Assembly (NCBI RefSeq): GCF_963676685.1
Contig: NC_092352.1
Location: 11,780,001-11,844,000, forward strand
Reading direction: 5' to 3'
Length of the DNA: 64,000 bases
Source of the DNA: Mytilus edulis
Lineage: Eukaryota
The notes under the pieces were generated by a model. The model saw nothing but the letters and a program-made list of their open reading frames with translations, did no database searches and was not told the DNA's origin. The position numbers and the translations under genes are program-made. Of this stretch, positions 55,901 to 62,836 are shown piece after piece; position 1 is the first letter of the stretch; each line of letters starts with the position of its first letter.

Positions 55901-58900
55901 TTTTAAATCATTAAAAAATAACCGTTAAACTCTATATTGTTTTTATTTTAGGCCTCGAGGACCTAACTTAGAAAATGAGGTCAAGGTCAAAGCTCAAGGC
56001 CTTTTTTCAATTTTTTTTCTAATTTTCCCAGACTCTTCCAGTTATGTATAAAAGACAAAGTTATATTTCCAAACATCTTACTTTTTTAACATTCCAGGAG
56101 AGAAAAATCTTAAAAAATGTAACCTCACCGCTTCAAATAACAATTTAGTGAAAACCTTCGTCGATTTAAATTAGCAAGAAATTAATACTTGACCTTGATC
56201 TCATATTCTTTTTGGTGGACCCAAGATCTCAAAATCAAAAGACCCTAGGGCCTTTATTACTAACGGTTCATGAGTTACTATTACATTTCTCTTATGTCAA
56301 ATACGTAAAGGGATATAAATCTCATATGAAAACTTCAGATCTCTAGATTCAAAGTTATTCTCGACAACCCGAGTTTAAAAACAAGCAATTTGATAAAATA
56401 TTTTGTTCGTAATCTTTTAGGGTTGTGAAAAATACTCGGCACAAGAAAACTACTGTTCAGGGAGATAACTCTTACAAAAACAAGTCTTCGGTTCAATAAA
56501 TCTCAAAGGTACCAGGATTATAACAGTATCAGTTTTAAAAGTATAAACGATTCGATAGCATGTACCAAAAGTCTTTTGATACACCAATACAGCCCAAGGA
56601 AAAACTTAAAGGTGATACAAATTTCCGGAAACCCTTCTTAAAATTCAATTATTGCTAGATGATATATATAGAAAATTGTGAAACAAATAAGTCTCATTTA
56701 TATATTCGTGTTTATTTCATTTCTGATAATTTTGTAACTTAGCTGAAAATTAAAACTAATGATACCTACAAGAAAACAACCCTGGATTTCTGGTATTATC
56801 AAACACACAGGACTTCTCAATGTTCCAGTGAAATACATTGATAGCAGCAGAAAGTGCAATTTTTTGTTGTTGAATAAAAACAAATGTCATTTTATACTAT
56901 TCGCACCACTATCCCGTTTCATAACAATATTTTATAAAGTATTTTTTCAGAAACTTGTAGTTTTAACACTTATCAATGTTTTGATAAATCATGTATCAGT
57001 CAAGATCGTGTATGTGATACAACACCTGACTGTCCTGGAAGATACTTAGAGGACGAGTATGGATGTTCATACAGTGTCATACATACATCGTGTGAACAGT
57101 GGTGGCTCAATGGAGCGAGATTAAATGGGATGTATTTAATAGATCAAGAAACGAAAGGTATATATTAAAACCGTATCCATATTTAGTTCCAAATAAAGTA
57201 TTGATGACCACAAAAAAACTTTATATCAAGTTTAATTTTATTAAGATGACCATGAAAACTAATTCAACAAACGGCCGAAGATTGACAAAACACACGTAGT
57301 TCATAAAAGGGTTAGGACTAAGGTTATAATATTTAAATAAACTAATCATAGATACCAGAATTGAAATTTTATATTACGCCATATATGTATGATTGTTTTG
57401 TTTTCCAACAAATACCTTTTTTAATGTAAATGCAAACAAAAAATGATTTCATAGCTAGAGTATGTTTGTCCGAAAAAATCCATGATAGTAAAATTAAAAA
57501 AAATAATAATTGGTCTTTTAGTTTTTTTCTTATTTTGATTGTTTCATATGCAACATAGTTGGGTTTTTATTGTCGACTATAGGGTCTTTGGTTTTTTCAT
57601 AAATGATGACCATTTGGTCGCCTTTCAATTCTTATATCCACTTCATTTGAACTTTGGTGGATATATGTCAAATTGGCAAGCAAACCATATCTCCTTATTT
57701 CACTAATGTCTATTATGCTAAACTGTCAGAATAATTTAATTAATTTAAGAAATTACATAGAAAAGATTCATTTTTCTATGAACATCATTTACTAATTATA
57801 ACATCTGTTTAATGAATAGATCAAAGGTGACATTGAGTTCACTCAACAAACAAGTCTTCCTCAGGTATAATATTAGAAATCAAAGTATGTCACATACGGT
57901 TATGGTTATATACTCGAAAACACAAGAACAACCATGTTTTATCGTTGACATGGTGGTTGATATTTTATGACAAACCAGATCCGATATTAGGAAAATCTTA
58001 CTTCGATGATTTTGAACTAAATTATCCCTTTGTATGAAAAAAAAATGTGTGGCTAAATAATTTTTCCTTTTTAAAGGTATATTGTTAAAAAAAATCCAAA
58101 CAAGCAACATTGTCATTGCCAATTATTCAATTTTCATAACAAGTGTTTCAATATTTTGGTTAAAAGACTTTTCCATGAAAAAGAGTATTGTTAAAATAAA
58201 TACAAATAAGTAACATTGTTATGCCATTTATTTAATTTTAGAAAAATATATGGTATACTGTGAATTCAACGATAAAGGCAATACACTACTGATATCAACA
58301 TTCTTCTTTTATAACAAAGCTAATTTTTCAATCACCAATTATGCGACTTTCTATGCAGAACATGAAGAATTTAGTTTTCCTTGGCAAATGATAAAGACTG
58401 TAATGAAAAGTGATAAATATACGTGTTCACAAAATGTTAAAGTGACATGCTATTTTCAAAACGCTATATCATATGAATTTTCAAGAACTCACGAAGAATA
58501 TTTTGGCGAGTACTACAATGAAAGGCAAGTATTTAAACGTTCTTTAATTCTAACAAAAATAGTATCACCAATCTCACATTCATGAATGTCGTGTCCTCTA
58601 CACAATGCTCTTCAACTTTGTACTTGTTTGGCTTTATAAAAATTTTGATATGAGCGTCACTGATGAGTCTTATGTAAACGAAACGCGCGTCTCGCGTACT
58701 AAATTATAATCCTGGTACCTCTATAAGCCATCTATAAATTCACTTTTGGAAATATTCCAAAAACAGAAGGCCCAAAATAAATTGTTTCAATAATTTCGAC
58801 TCTCTTTGATTATAATATTTGTAAGGTTGTTTCTGTTAAACGTTTATGAAATATATTTAAAAGCACATTAAAAAAATTATTTCGGATTTGAAATTTGGGA

Positions 58901-61900
58901 TAATTCGTTAAAAAAAAATGATAATGCGAAAGGGGAATCTATGTACTATGGAATAATTTTTGTTATTTCGATGCCTATAATTTATAACCTTGTTTTAGTA
59001 TTTTCCTTTTTATAACAGTTAATAAAGGATTAAATTAATCAACACATATAGGTCTTAAAACATGTTTTGTACAATGTACAATTTTTCTGAAAATAGTCTG
59101 TTTAATCATCATAAAATTATTTTCTTTTTTGTAGTTTTCATTGCTTTGGAGGCACAGACTGGAGACAAGCAGATGTCAACAGAGTGTTTACTGATGATGT
59201 AGTTATTTCAAATTCCGATATAATTCCCTTTTATTATTATACGGTTCCAAAAATATCTTACAGTGAAGAGGGGTTTTCTGATTTGAGAGTTGGACCTGTT
59301 GTATGTCGGTCAGGTATATCATCAAATATAGACAGCATGCTTATATGTTTAAGTGTTAAGATGAAAAAAGGTTTTAAAACTCAATACAATAATTATTGTT
59401 TCTGATGTTTTTGCAAGAAAAAAAAACACGCTTTACTAATGATGCTAAATTTATAATGTTCGCTGTTAAAGATTGTGACGAGATTAAACTGATCAATTAC
59501 GTGCTATCTTCTATTTAATGTCATATAAATTGTTGTACAGTTTTTTGTATTATTTAGATACGTACACCAATATTTAGTGTGTACTTGTACTTTTGAGTTA
59601 ATACTAAATAAGTATTTGAACTCAGACCATTAAAAATATGTTTGATTATGTCATTTTTAATAACTCAGAGTTCATGCAATTCCCAAGTTTAGCGGTGAAA
59701 TGATTTAAGCATATCATTTACTGACTTTATCATACGCAAATATGGATAATAAATCAATTCAGCATATGCTGAATTGTTCAATTTATACAGAAATTTTGGT
59801 TCGAAATTAATGTAATAAATATTAAACTTTGCATATGGGTCATACATACCAAGTTCTTTCAAGCATTTACCTAATTCATCTAGCATGTACTTAATTCAGT
59901 TACTTTTATAATGAATTAAGTTTATGCTAAAATGAATTTAAAAGTAAAATCACAAAAATAATAGATTGCGAGGAAAATTCAAAACGGAAATTCACTAATC
60001 AAATGGCAAAATTAAAGGCTCAAACCCATCAAACGAATGGAGAACAAATGTCATATTCCTGACTTTGTATAGTCATTTTCTTATATATGAAAATAGTTGA
60101 TTAAACCTGGTGTTATAGCTAGCTGAACCTCTCACTTGTATGAAAGTTCATAAAATTTCATTTTATTGACAACGATAAGTTATGCTAAAATAAATCGAGA
60201 TTATGTTAAAAGGTTGTGGTAACATTAATTGAGCTTATGCTAAAGTAAATTAAGCTTATCCTGAATCATAACCTGTATCTATATGATAAACTAATTGTGT
60301 TTTAAATGAAAAGCTCACTGTATTAACTAAGTGGTTGAAAAATTACTGCATGCAATCCTTACTTATACAAACATAACTCAACTTATTGATGATCAGACAA
60401 TTATTGATACTTAGGCCGTACTCTCATTGACCTAACCTAGTTTTTGAAAGCTATCAATCAAATAATTGTGTTCAAAATTTAACACTTTAAGGTATGGGGA
60501 AATCTGGATTCAGATTTTCTTTCCCTCATTGAACAGAATATTTTTCATCAATTTTAGAATCAGAACATTTTTTAGTTGTCTTTTTTAATAAACATCCAAA
60601 TGTGTTCAATTCCCCATACGTGTCTATACCAAGCTTTTTTTCCTTTACTGGAACTATCATTCGTGTCCATGTTATAAATACGTATGTTATTTGGTTCATG
60701 CTTCTAAATTAAAGTATAGTTATTTAACTATTTCATTAATAAAAAAAAATACTTTAGGTCTTTTATAACCTTGGTTAAGGATGTATTTAGGTGATATAAG
60801 GTAAAATTCAAGAATTTTATTGATTTATAGAATATGGCGAAAAAAGGCAGACTCGGACTTTTACCTTTTATTTGCATTGGTATTATTTGGGTCTCAAATC
60901 AAAAGAACGAAAATTGAGGATCTGTTTGAATTCTGTTAAATGACCTTTTATGATCTATTAAATCATATGTTAAAAAATAAATAGGTGTTAAGGGGCAACA
61001 TATTTTACCTTGCATGGTATAGAAAAACACCAAGGATTCCGAACTTTCACACTTATTCCAAAACCTCATCTAAGTACATCCTGAGCGTGGAGCGTTCGTT
61101 CGTCTATGTTGAATGTAAATGTTAGCAGCCATGCTCAGTTAAATTGGAGATATTAAATCAGATACCTCGTGTAGGTGAATGTCTCATTCTCTGCGCATTA
61201 AAATATTTGCAGCACTTCACTCTTTCTTTGTGTCATCAGTTGTCTGTTGGGAGGCAACTTTGTTTTAAATTTCCGCACATTTTAATTAAAACGGCATCTA
61301 TAACATATAGAGAAGATTGAAATAGTTCCTTACTTAAGTAAAATAAAATGGCCATTACTCGCTCCTATTTTTTTTTACATGAAAATCCCAACAAGTGTTT
61401 ATCCTGAATAGCCGTACAAATCTGTGCCAAATCCTAAATTCCGGGTATGGTAATATAACCTATATACAGTATGTATTGTTAACATGATGTCGTTCAAATA
61501 ATGCAGGAAATATGTGACACTGGACGTTATGCCTCTTGATCGTGTGTCTTATGTGATACTCGAAACTTAAAGTTTATTTTAAAAATCTCGATAACCAGTT
61601 TCTGATTCGAAGAGCTTTTAGAATATTACTGTTGACAAAAGGGAAGTCAATTCTGCTACATGAAAGCCCGCAATATTTGGATTAATATAAAAGGTATCAT
61701 TAGAGTTAATTAGTACAAAATAATTTACATAGTAAACGATTTAATCAACTCTTGAATTATTTGTATGTTTGCTCTTAATGAGCATGAAATACTTGCAACT
61801 GGACAATAAGCAATTTCAGTCAAAATCTACAAATTAAATTTGCAATTATGATAATCATTATAAACCGACACTTAAAAAACTAATGCTAATAAATGACAAC

Positions 61901-62367
61901 TTCATCAACTGTGTCCCCCATCATTGAATTACTTATGCTGAAATGAATTTAGCATATTCTGAAATGTGTTAAGCGTATGCTGAAATAAATGTTAGGCAGT
62001 ATTTCTGTATGAGCTTAATAAAGCAGCATATACTAAATCAAATTAAGCATACCCTATTATGGTAAAATACGCTGACATCAATAAAGTTTATGCCACATTA
62101 TAATTTAGCATATGCTAAAAGGATTAAAGTATATGATTAATTAAATATTTATGACACTGATTCTGCGTCATAGATATATAATATTTAAAAATGGGGTAAA
62201 CATTGTTGTTCATATTTATTTGTCAGAAATTTCTAAAAATGTTTCCCGTATCCAGTCCTTGTGTTATGATGGAAAGTTGTATAACTATACAGACCACTGT
62301 ATAATGCGTGTGAATGAAAGAAATGATGTAAATGGTTGTAGAGATATGGCTCAACTTCACAATTGTG
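1873..62367 (+). CDS. Multi-exon gene (25 exons in window, 3' end beyond window): mosaic extracellular protein ApeC-FTP-FA58C-PAN-like-CUBx2-CTLD-LDLax4-FBG/CASPR-like; probably the ectodomain of a GRL101-like LDLa/LRR GPCR
   Basis: Manual exon chain with AG acceptors, GT (two GC) donors and matching phases gives one open frame of 1527 codons; domain motifs recognisable in each exon. GPCR assignment is inference from the last exon; no LRR or 7TM is visible in the window. Confidence 0.85.
3225..3517 (+). repeat. Dispersed non-coding repeat (other copies about 2530-2850 -, 9760-10338 +, 29095-29270 -, 50950-51145 +); long copies carry the twister-like core
   Basis: shared gctgactatgcggtatgggctttg..ttgttgaaggccgtacggtgacctatag..gttgtctcattggcaatcat. 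Confidence 0.8.
4158..4203 (+). ncRNA. Degenerate hammerhead in retrozyme-like repeat (about 3995-4235)
   Basis: CTGATGA and GAAAC intact, but triplet is GTG and helix III is altered. Confidence 0.65.
4245..4891 (-). mobile_element. Diverged Penelope-like RT C-terminus and tail
   Basis: minus strand ETTDT.SSASF...TRIYDKRDNFN...SSNIPTAP..GIYISRLIRYSRAC with stops and frameshifts. Confidence 0.7.
5266..5311 (-). ncRNA. Degenerate hammerhead
   Basis: core reads CTTATGA...GTAAC on the minus strand. Confidence 0.55.
5411..5994. mobile_element. MITE / non-autonomous DNA transposon
   Basis: TIRs aaggagtaggtccagtaagacc / ggtccttaccggaccttttcctt; internal inverted repeat 5652-5679 vs 5735-5762. Confidence 0.75.
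6676..7067. mobile_element. TTAA-flanked MITE-like element (related inverted copy about 19834-20197)
   Basis: ttaa|GGT...ACC|ttaa; shared gaggattcc..aatctg..aaaatt subterminal sequence. Confidence 0.5.
7071..8510 (-). mobile_element. 5'-truncated Penelope-like retroelement, Naiad-type (RT is C-terminal), disrupted
   Basis: KTFDFSTLYTSIPH, QQTVGIPMGTNCAP, YIDD, SYLDL, AYGV..SQLIRY; ORF ends after the thumb with no C-terminal GIY-YIG; long insert between motifs A and B. Confidence 0.88.
10680..10822 (+). repeat. Penelope-like 3' tail fragment
   Basis: reverse complement of 7071-7210. Confidence 0.75.
11392..11481 (-). ncRNA. P5-type twister-like motif, same family, slightly degenerate
   Basis: minus strand ...agggggagggttgagatctc...tttaaccacaccacatttttgcgcctgtcccaagtcaggagcctctggcc. 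Confidence 0.65.
11967..12300 (+). ncRNA. Twister-like motif (P2 TCCC/GGGA, loop TCCTAAGT) split by a nested insertion at about 12016-12242
   Basis: 5' half ctattgtttcaga..GGGA-G-A-AGA; 3' half TAA-TCCC-GC-tgcaaatgtttgca-CCTG-TCCTAAGT-CAGG-aatctga..cagtag. Confidence 0.55.
12723..12815 (+). CDS. Exon 2: Cys-rich CxCxC module (CPGIECLSGQEMNITTCRCICNESNWPCSN)
   Basis: tttatcag acceptor, G|GTAAGT donor, phase 1-1, 93 nt. Confidence 0.8.
13295..13545 (+). repeat. Degenerate minisatellite, about 22-26 bp unit (gatagaggtcgaaagacctaa), followed by poly-C 13564-13582
   Basis: recurrent aggtcg.aa.ac.ta motif. Confidence 0.65.
13823..14158 (+). CDS. Exon 3: ApeC domain, N-part (WPTGSYALPSSMYGCP...LNFCV...GNFCVF...GCAI)
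   Basis: tgtacag acceptor, G|GTAAGT donor, phase 1-1; WPxGxYxLPxxxxGCP is the ApeC signature. Confidence 0.9.
14722..15268 (+). mobile_element. Penelope-like RT C-terminus plus 3' tail
   Basis: NIPAAPAY..ISQLIR..ACISYHDF.DRGLL; same tail as 7071. Confidence 0.85.
15445..16000 (+). repeat. Dispersed non-coding repeat carrying twister-like motif (inverted copy 11155-11481)
   Basis: reverse-complement identity between 15676-16000 and 11155-11481. Confidence 0.85.
15676..15766 (+). ncRNA. P5-type (circularly permuted) twister-ribozyme-like motif, near intact
   Basis: P5 ggctagaggt/gcctcttgcc; GGGG-G-A-GGG; T^AA-CCCC-GC; P3 cgcaattttgcg; P4 CCTG-TCTCAAGT-CAGG; predicted cut 15719/15720. Confidence 0.72.
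16399..16477 (-). ncRNA. Truncated twister-like motif
   Basis: same family, 3' P5 strand missing, T2 mutated. Confidence 0.5.
16581..16687 (+). ncRNA. Twister-like motif variant (T2 = ACC/GGT) in repeat 16515-17020
   Basis: G-A-GGT...C^AA-CCC-AC-P3-CCTG-TACCAAGT-CAGG, flanked by P5 gccat/atggc; P2 imperfect. Confidence 0.55.
17809..17972 (+). CDS. Exon 4: ApeC domain, middle (GFKEG...VIFCCKED...YPFVLLK)
   Basis: tag acceptor, AAG|GTATGA donor, phase 1-0; FCC and PFxLL motifs; absent from the ORF track. Confidence 0.88.
18240..18625 (+). mobile_element. Old Penelope-like RT N-part fragment
   Basis: MYWLPYLHKTPF and FDFST..TTLPH remnants. Confidence 0.55.
18855..19047 (+). CDS. Exon 5: ApeC domain, C-part (CEHINDM...IPFCVYQP)
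   Basis: aatag acceptor, G|GTACGT donor, phase 0-1. Confidence 0.88.
19438..19480 (+). ncRNA. Degenerate hammerhead in retrozyme-like repeat (about 19232-19524)
   Basis: CTGATGA present, GAAA mutated to GGAA. Confidence 0.6.
20701..20811 (+). CDS. Exon 6: start of F-type-lectin-like domain (SIGRPVYSSPYL...NPNFVVDE)
   Basis: tttctag acceptor, G|GTAAAG donor, phase 1-1. Confidence 0.78.
21804..22468 (-). mobile_element. Penelope-like RT C-terminus plus 3' tail
   Basis: KTKLYDKRGDFSFPIVNF.FLSSN.P.APAYGVYISQLIRYSRAC. Confidence 0.87.
22701..22817 (+). CDS. Exon 7: F-type-lectin-like domain (RPWIQIDLQQFINVTHIISRDER)
   Basis: ctcacag acceptor, A|GTAAGT donor, phase 1-1; PWxQxDL motif. Confidence 0.88.
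26148..26292 (+). repeat. Penelope-like 3' tail fragment
   Basis: matches 15120-15268. Confidence 0.75.
27176..27394 (+). CDS. Exon 8: end of F-type-lectin-like domain (CRRPITGQYVTL...LTDLKVFG)
   Basis: ttacag acceptor, C|GTAAGT donor, phase 1-1. Confidence 0.88.
27855..28452 (-). mobile_element. Second Penelope-like subfamily, RT C-terminus plus tail
   Basis: IYPSELEI.DTTDTDKSASYL...TKIYDKRDDFNFPIVNFPFLCSN. Confidence 0.8.
28928..29085 (+). CDS. Exon 9: F5/8 type C (discoidin) domain start (CGRNLGMITGDIKDYQIETSS...GWCS...RWLM)
   Basis: tttatag acceptor (in-phase alternative at 28934), ATG|GTAAAT donor, phase 1-0; classic LGMxxGxIxDxQI motif. Confidence 0.9.
29590..29739 (+). CDS. Exon 10: F5/8C middle (VDLIVPTTVQGITLHG...)
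   Basis: cctag acceptor, AAG|GTAATA donor, phase 0-0, 150 nt. Confidence 0.9.
31226..31740 (-). mobile_element. Penelope-like linker plus GIY-YIG endonuclease relic (C-terminal EN type)
   Basis: with frameshifts: MVAFKQPNSLLKLLVR, C.SCDEKCCKC, MTCNRINAMCFLECSICGLQYVEESKQPFH.RLN, PVSQHF, QRHVRKKFWIKEL. Confidence 0.75.
32101..32452 (-). mobile_element. Near full-length retrozyme-like monomer (about 350 bp, non-coding, hammerhead-bearing)
   Basis: Longest copy of the repeat also seen at 3995-4235, 48370-48577, 58602-58720 and 62775-62836; TTATAA on both flanks. Confidence 0.75.
32135..32180 (-). ncRNA. Minimal type I hammerhead ribozyme, intact core
   Basis: reverse complement gagcgtcactgatgagtcttatgtagacgaaacgcgcgtctggcgt. 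Confidence 0.88.
33014..33128 (+). mobile_element. Short GIY-YIG C-terminal relic
   Basis: MKSLVNEQN..SSDDQ..VRQNIWIQKL...NGINRK. Confidence 0.5.
33877..34030 (+). CDS. Exon 11: F5/8C end (ILARYIKI...CFKAEFIGC)
   Basis: ttttag acceptor, G|GTAATA donor, phase 0-1. Confidence 0.9.
35208..35314 (-). ncRNA. Twister-like motif variant in repeat 34887-35390 (inverted copy of 16515-17020)
   Basis: near-identical reverse complement of 16581-16687. Confidence 0.55.
35437..35483 (-). ncRNA. Highly degenerate hammerhead in related repeat
   Basis: minus strand gcgtaactggtgagtcttgtttggacaaggcgcgtttttggcgt aligns with the family. Confidence 0.45.
36651..36962 (+). CDS. Exon 12: Cys-containing module, possibly degenerate PAN/apple (SSMNFEECQQL...NHCCYY)
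   Basis: ctatag acceptor, CAG|GTAAAG donor, phase 1-1, 312 nt open; domain name uncertain. Confidence 0.82.
38055..38214. mobile_element. Palindromic foldback MITE (160 bp hairpin)
   Basis: gaaataattcatgggggcttgaatatatc... / ...gatatattcaagcccccatgaattatttc with a short central loop. Confidence 0.88.
38338..38552 (+). CDS. Exon 13: CUB domain 1, N-part (IYSPLFPSNYPQ...PGMYLKL)
   Basis: ttttaag acceptor, CAA|GTAAGT donor, phase 1-0. Confidence 0.88.
38916..39132 (+). CDS. Exon 14: CUB domain 1, C-part (CKDTLSV...IKIHFKS)
   Basis: aaacag acceptor, G|GTAATA donor, phase 0-1. Confidence 0.88.
41868..42275 (+). CDS. Exon 15: CUB domain 2 (ISSYLYPSLY...WKIRG...YVEVFD...MDVEF...GRGFLGLY)
   Basis: tttcag acceptor, G|GTAAGA donor, phase 1-1, 408 nt. 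Confidence 0.92.
44960..45575 (+). mobile_element. Helentron/HINE-like non-autonomous repeat with CGT/GTC microsatellite
   Basis: gtcgtcgtccgtagtctgtcgtcg tract then aatcttctcccctgaaac; internal duplication of aacaacccattgttggg. Confidence 0.45.
46039..46242 (+). CDS. Exon 16: C-type lectin domain, N-part (CTTTWVNFKTSCY...AEMECVKEGGHLISINS...IYI); GC donor
   Basis: ttttag acceptor; only G|GCAGGT gives the phase 1 needed to read IYIGL into exon 17. Confidence 0.85.
46642..47872. mobile_element. Non-autonomous TIR DNA transposon (possibly PIF/Harbinger-like)
   Basis: TIRs cacccgagtcacactagactacaatcgcac / gtgcaatcgtggccttgtgtgactgcggta; tta/taa flanks; CACGA/TACGA-rich interior. Confidence 0.7.
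47902..48049 (-). repeat. Penelope-like 3' tail fragment
   Basis: matches 7071-7215. Confidence 0.8.
48501..48546 (+). ncRNA. Minimal type I hammerhead, intact core, intron 16, gene sense
   Basis: ccgtca-CTGATGA-GTCT(tgtgt)AGAC-GAAACGCGCGTC^tggcgt; cut after 48540. Confidence 0.85.
48586..48664 (+). CDS. Exon 17: C-type lectin middle (GLVKKNKGYKFSDYQWLNGEPLVYTAW), 79 nt
   Basis: tttcag acceptor, TG|GTAATA donor, phase 1-2; WxNGxPxxYxxW motif. Confidence 0.88.
48971..49016 (+). ncRNA. Minimal type I hammerhead, intact core, intron 17, gene sense
   Basis: gcgtca-CTGATGA-GTCT(tttgt)AGAC-GAAACGCGCGTC^tggcgt; cut after 49010. Confidence 0.87.
49736..49911 (+). CDS. Exon 18: C-type lectin C-part (QPDG...EQC...WHDVPC...FMCE)
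   Basis: ataag acceptor, G|GTATAT donor, phase 2-1. Confidence 0.9.
50134..50177 (+). ncRNA. Degenerate hammerhead, intron 18
   Basis: CTGATGA intact; helix II and III mismatches (GAAAAGCACGTC). Confidence 0.6.
50467..50953 (+). repeat. Tandem duplication, 2 x 243 bp
   Basis: units start at 50467 and 50710; twin ORFs at 50555 and 50798. Confidence 0.92.
51341..51493 (+). CDS. Exon 19: LDLa repeat 1 (4-Cys variant FTCGNGEVIS...CDTYNDCSDRSDEQKC)
   Basis: tttcag acceptor, G|GTACGA donor, phase 1-1; DCxDxSDE motif. Confidence 0.9.
53223..53336 (+). CDS. Exon 20: LDLa repeat 2
   Basis: CSSSQYQCADGSCI...CNDGSDEQHC; ctcag acceptor, C|GTAAGT donor. Confidence 0.92.
53864..53980 (+). CDS. Exon 21: LDLa repeat 3
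   Basis: CKDGEWQCNNKQCI...CFDESDEKDC; tatag acceptor, G|GTATAT donor. Confidence 0.92.
56951..57157 (+). CDS. Exon 22: LDLa repeat 4 plus start of fibrinogen/CASPR-like module (TSCEQWWLNGARLNGMYLID)
   Basis: ttttcag acceptor, AAG|GTATAT donor, phase 1-1; frame not reported in the ORF track. Confidence 0.9.
58242..58524 (+). CDS. Exon 23: fibrinogen/CASPR-like module (MVYCEF...CSQNVKVTC); GC donor
   Basis: ttttag acceptor; AAG|GCAAGT donor in phase 2 matches exon 24. Confidence 0.87.
58652..58697 (+). ncRNA. Hammerhead with intact core but helix I/II mismatches, intron 23
   Basis: CTGATGA-GTCT..AAAC-GAAACGCGCGTC-tcgcgt. Confidence 0.7.
59135..59313 (+). CDS. Exon 24: end of fibrinogen/CASPR-like module (LRVGPVVC)
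   Basis: ttgtag acceptor, CAG|GTATAT donor, phase 2-1. Confidence 0.87.
60778..61082. mobile_element. MITE
   Basis: TIRs aggatgtatttaggtga / tcatctaagtacatcct. Confidence 0.6.
62227..62367 (+). CDS. Exon 25: Cys-rich module (HCIMRVNERNDVNGCRDMAQLHNC) of the kind preceding the last LDLa repeats and LRRs in GRL101-like receptors
   Basis: tgtcag acceptor, G|GTAAGA donor, phase 1-1. Confidence 0.85.
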
Positions 62368-62792
62368 GTAAGATAAACGAATTGTATTATAAAAACTAAA
62401 CATGTGGAACAGGAATTGTATCTAAGAGCAGTCCAGATTTTGGTTATGTTCACTCTTGTGTCTTCTATGTTATGTTTTGTAGACTGTTGTTTGGCTATTC
62501 GTCGTTTTTTGTCATGCCGTTGTCAGTAATTTGACGGCGGAATTCGAGTGTGTTGGTATCTGGAGCCTCTCTTTCAAGGGACCAAGGGTCTGACATTTAC
62601 TTGATATTTCATGACTGTAGTCTGACCTATACCTAACAGGCTGAACGAGTACACGACCAGTACTTAGCCATTCTATACGAGTCTGAACCATAGTCGACAA
62701 GTCGTAACGATTCTCAACCAAGTCCGAACCACATTCGAGTTAGTATGAATAATACTTATCCTAGTCTGAAAAAAAGTTATCAAAGATACCAG

Positions 62793-62836
62793 GCCAATCG
62801 CGCGTTTCGTCTACATAAGACTGCTCAGTGACGCTC
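62793..62836 (-). ncRNA. Degenerate hammerhead
   Basis: core CTGAGCA, triplet lost. Confidence 0.55.
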
